This document shows positions 42,550 to 42,707 of a DNA stretch of 42,707 nucleotides, one piece after another. The translations under genes were made by a program, and so were the position numbers. Source of the stretch: a virus (taxonomy: Duplodnaviria; Caudoviricetes); the IMG/VR virus record IMGVR_UViG_3300031990_000014, positions 1-42,707 of that record; one strand, written 5' to 3'. Every line of letters starts with the position of its first letter. Position 1 is the first letter of the stretch. The notes under the pieces were generated by a model. It was not told the DNA's origin, made no database searches, and saw only the letters and a list, made by a program, of their open reading frames with translations.

Positions 42550-42707
42550 GGCGCGGCAGGCAGGGCCAGGCTTGGCATGGCAAGGCGGGGCACGGCGCGG
42601 CGGGGACGGGCCAGGCAAGGCGTGGCAGGCAGGGCCAGGCGGGGCGTGGCACGGCCAGGCGAGGCCGGGCGGGGCAGGCGTGGCTGGGCCAGGCAGGGCC
42701 AGGCGGG
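42550..42707 (+). repeat. GGC-NN pentanucleotide array, 5' part; candidate guide-RNA array
   Basis: GGC every 5 nt with variable dinucleotides, one GGA variant at 42604, and GGC-A-GGC punctuation at 42555, 42624 and 42673. Runs to the end of the window. Confidence 0.95.

Noticed and set aside
42377-42652. Minus-strand ORFs (42377..42652, 42264..42593) with PCLP/AWP repeats
   Set aside because: These are translations of the antisense GGC-NN array, which lacks stops by composition. They have no RBS and lie opposite a real gene.

Overview
The window looks like an essentially complete, GC-rich, ~42.7 kb tailed-phage genome with podovirus-type (BPP-1/epsilon15-like) morphogenesis genes, probably circularly permuted. 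The minus strand carries a Cro-like regulator, a replication initiator and its partner, a split C5 DNA methyltransferase, TerS/TerL, a GNAT protein, portal, scaffold, major capsid, tail tubular A/B, ejection proteins (one with a lytic transglycosylase domain, one a 2995-aa polyvalent protein), tail fibre and a lysis cluster. The plus strand carries an early operon (Csx20-like protein, secreted HNH, PD-(D/E)XK exonuclease, RecT, SSB) and a small independent cassette. I found no integrase, CI repressor, polymerase, tRNA, CRISPR array or DGR. The most striking element is a non-coding array of invariant GGC triplets alternating with variable dinucleotides (GGC-NN). It occupies both ends of the window (42550-42707 and 1-109), joins in register across the ends, and is punctuated into five units by GGC-A-GGC. 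A hairpin and a conserved 158-aa gene follow it. It looks like an information-bearing guide-RNA array using a gapped code. All family assignments come from motif recognition by eye, not database searches.
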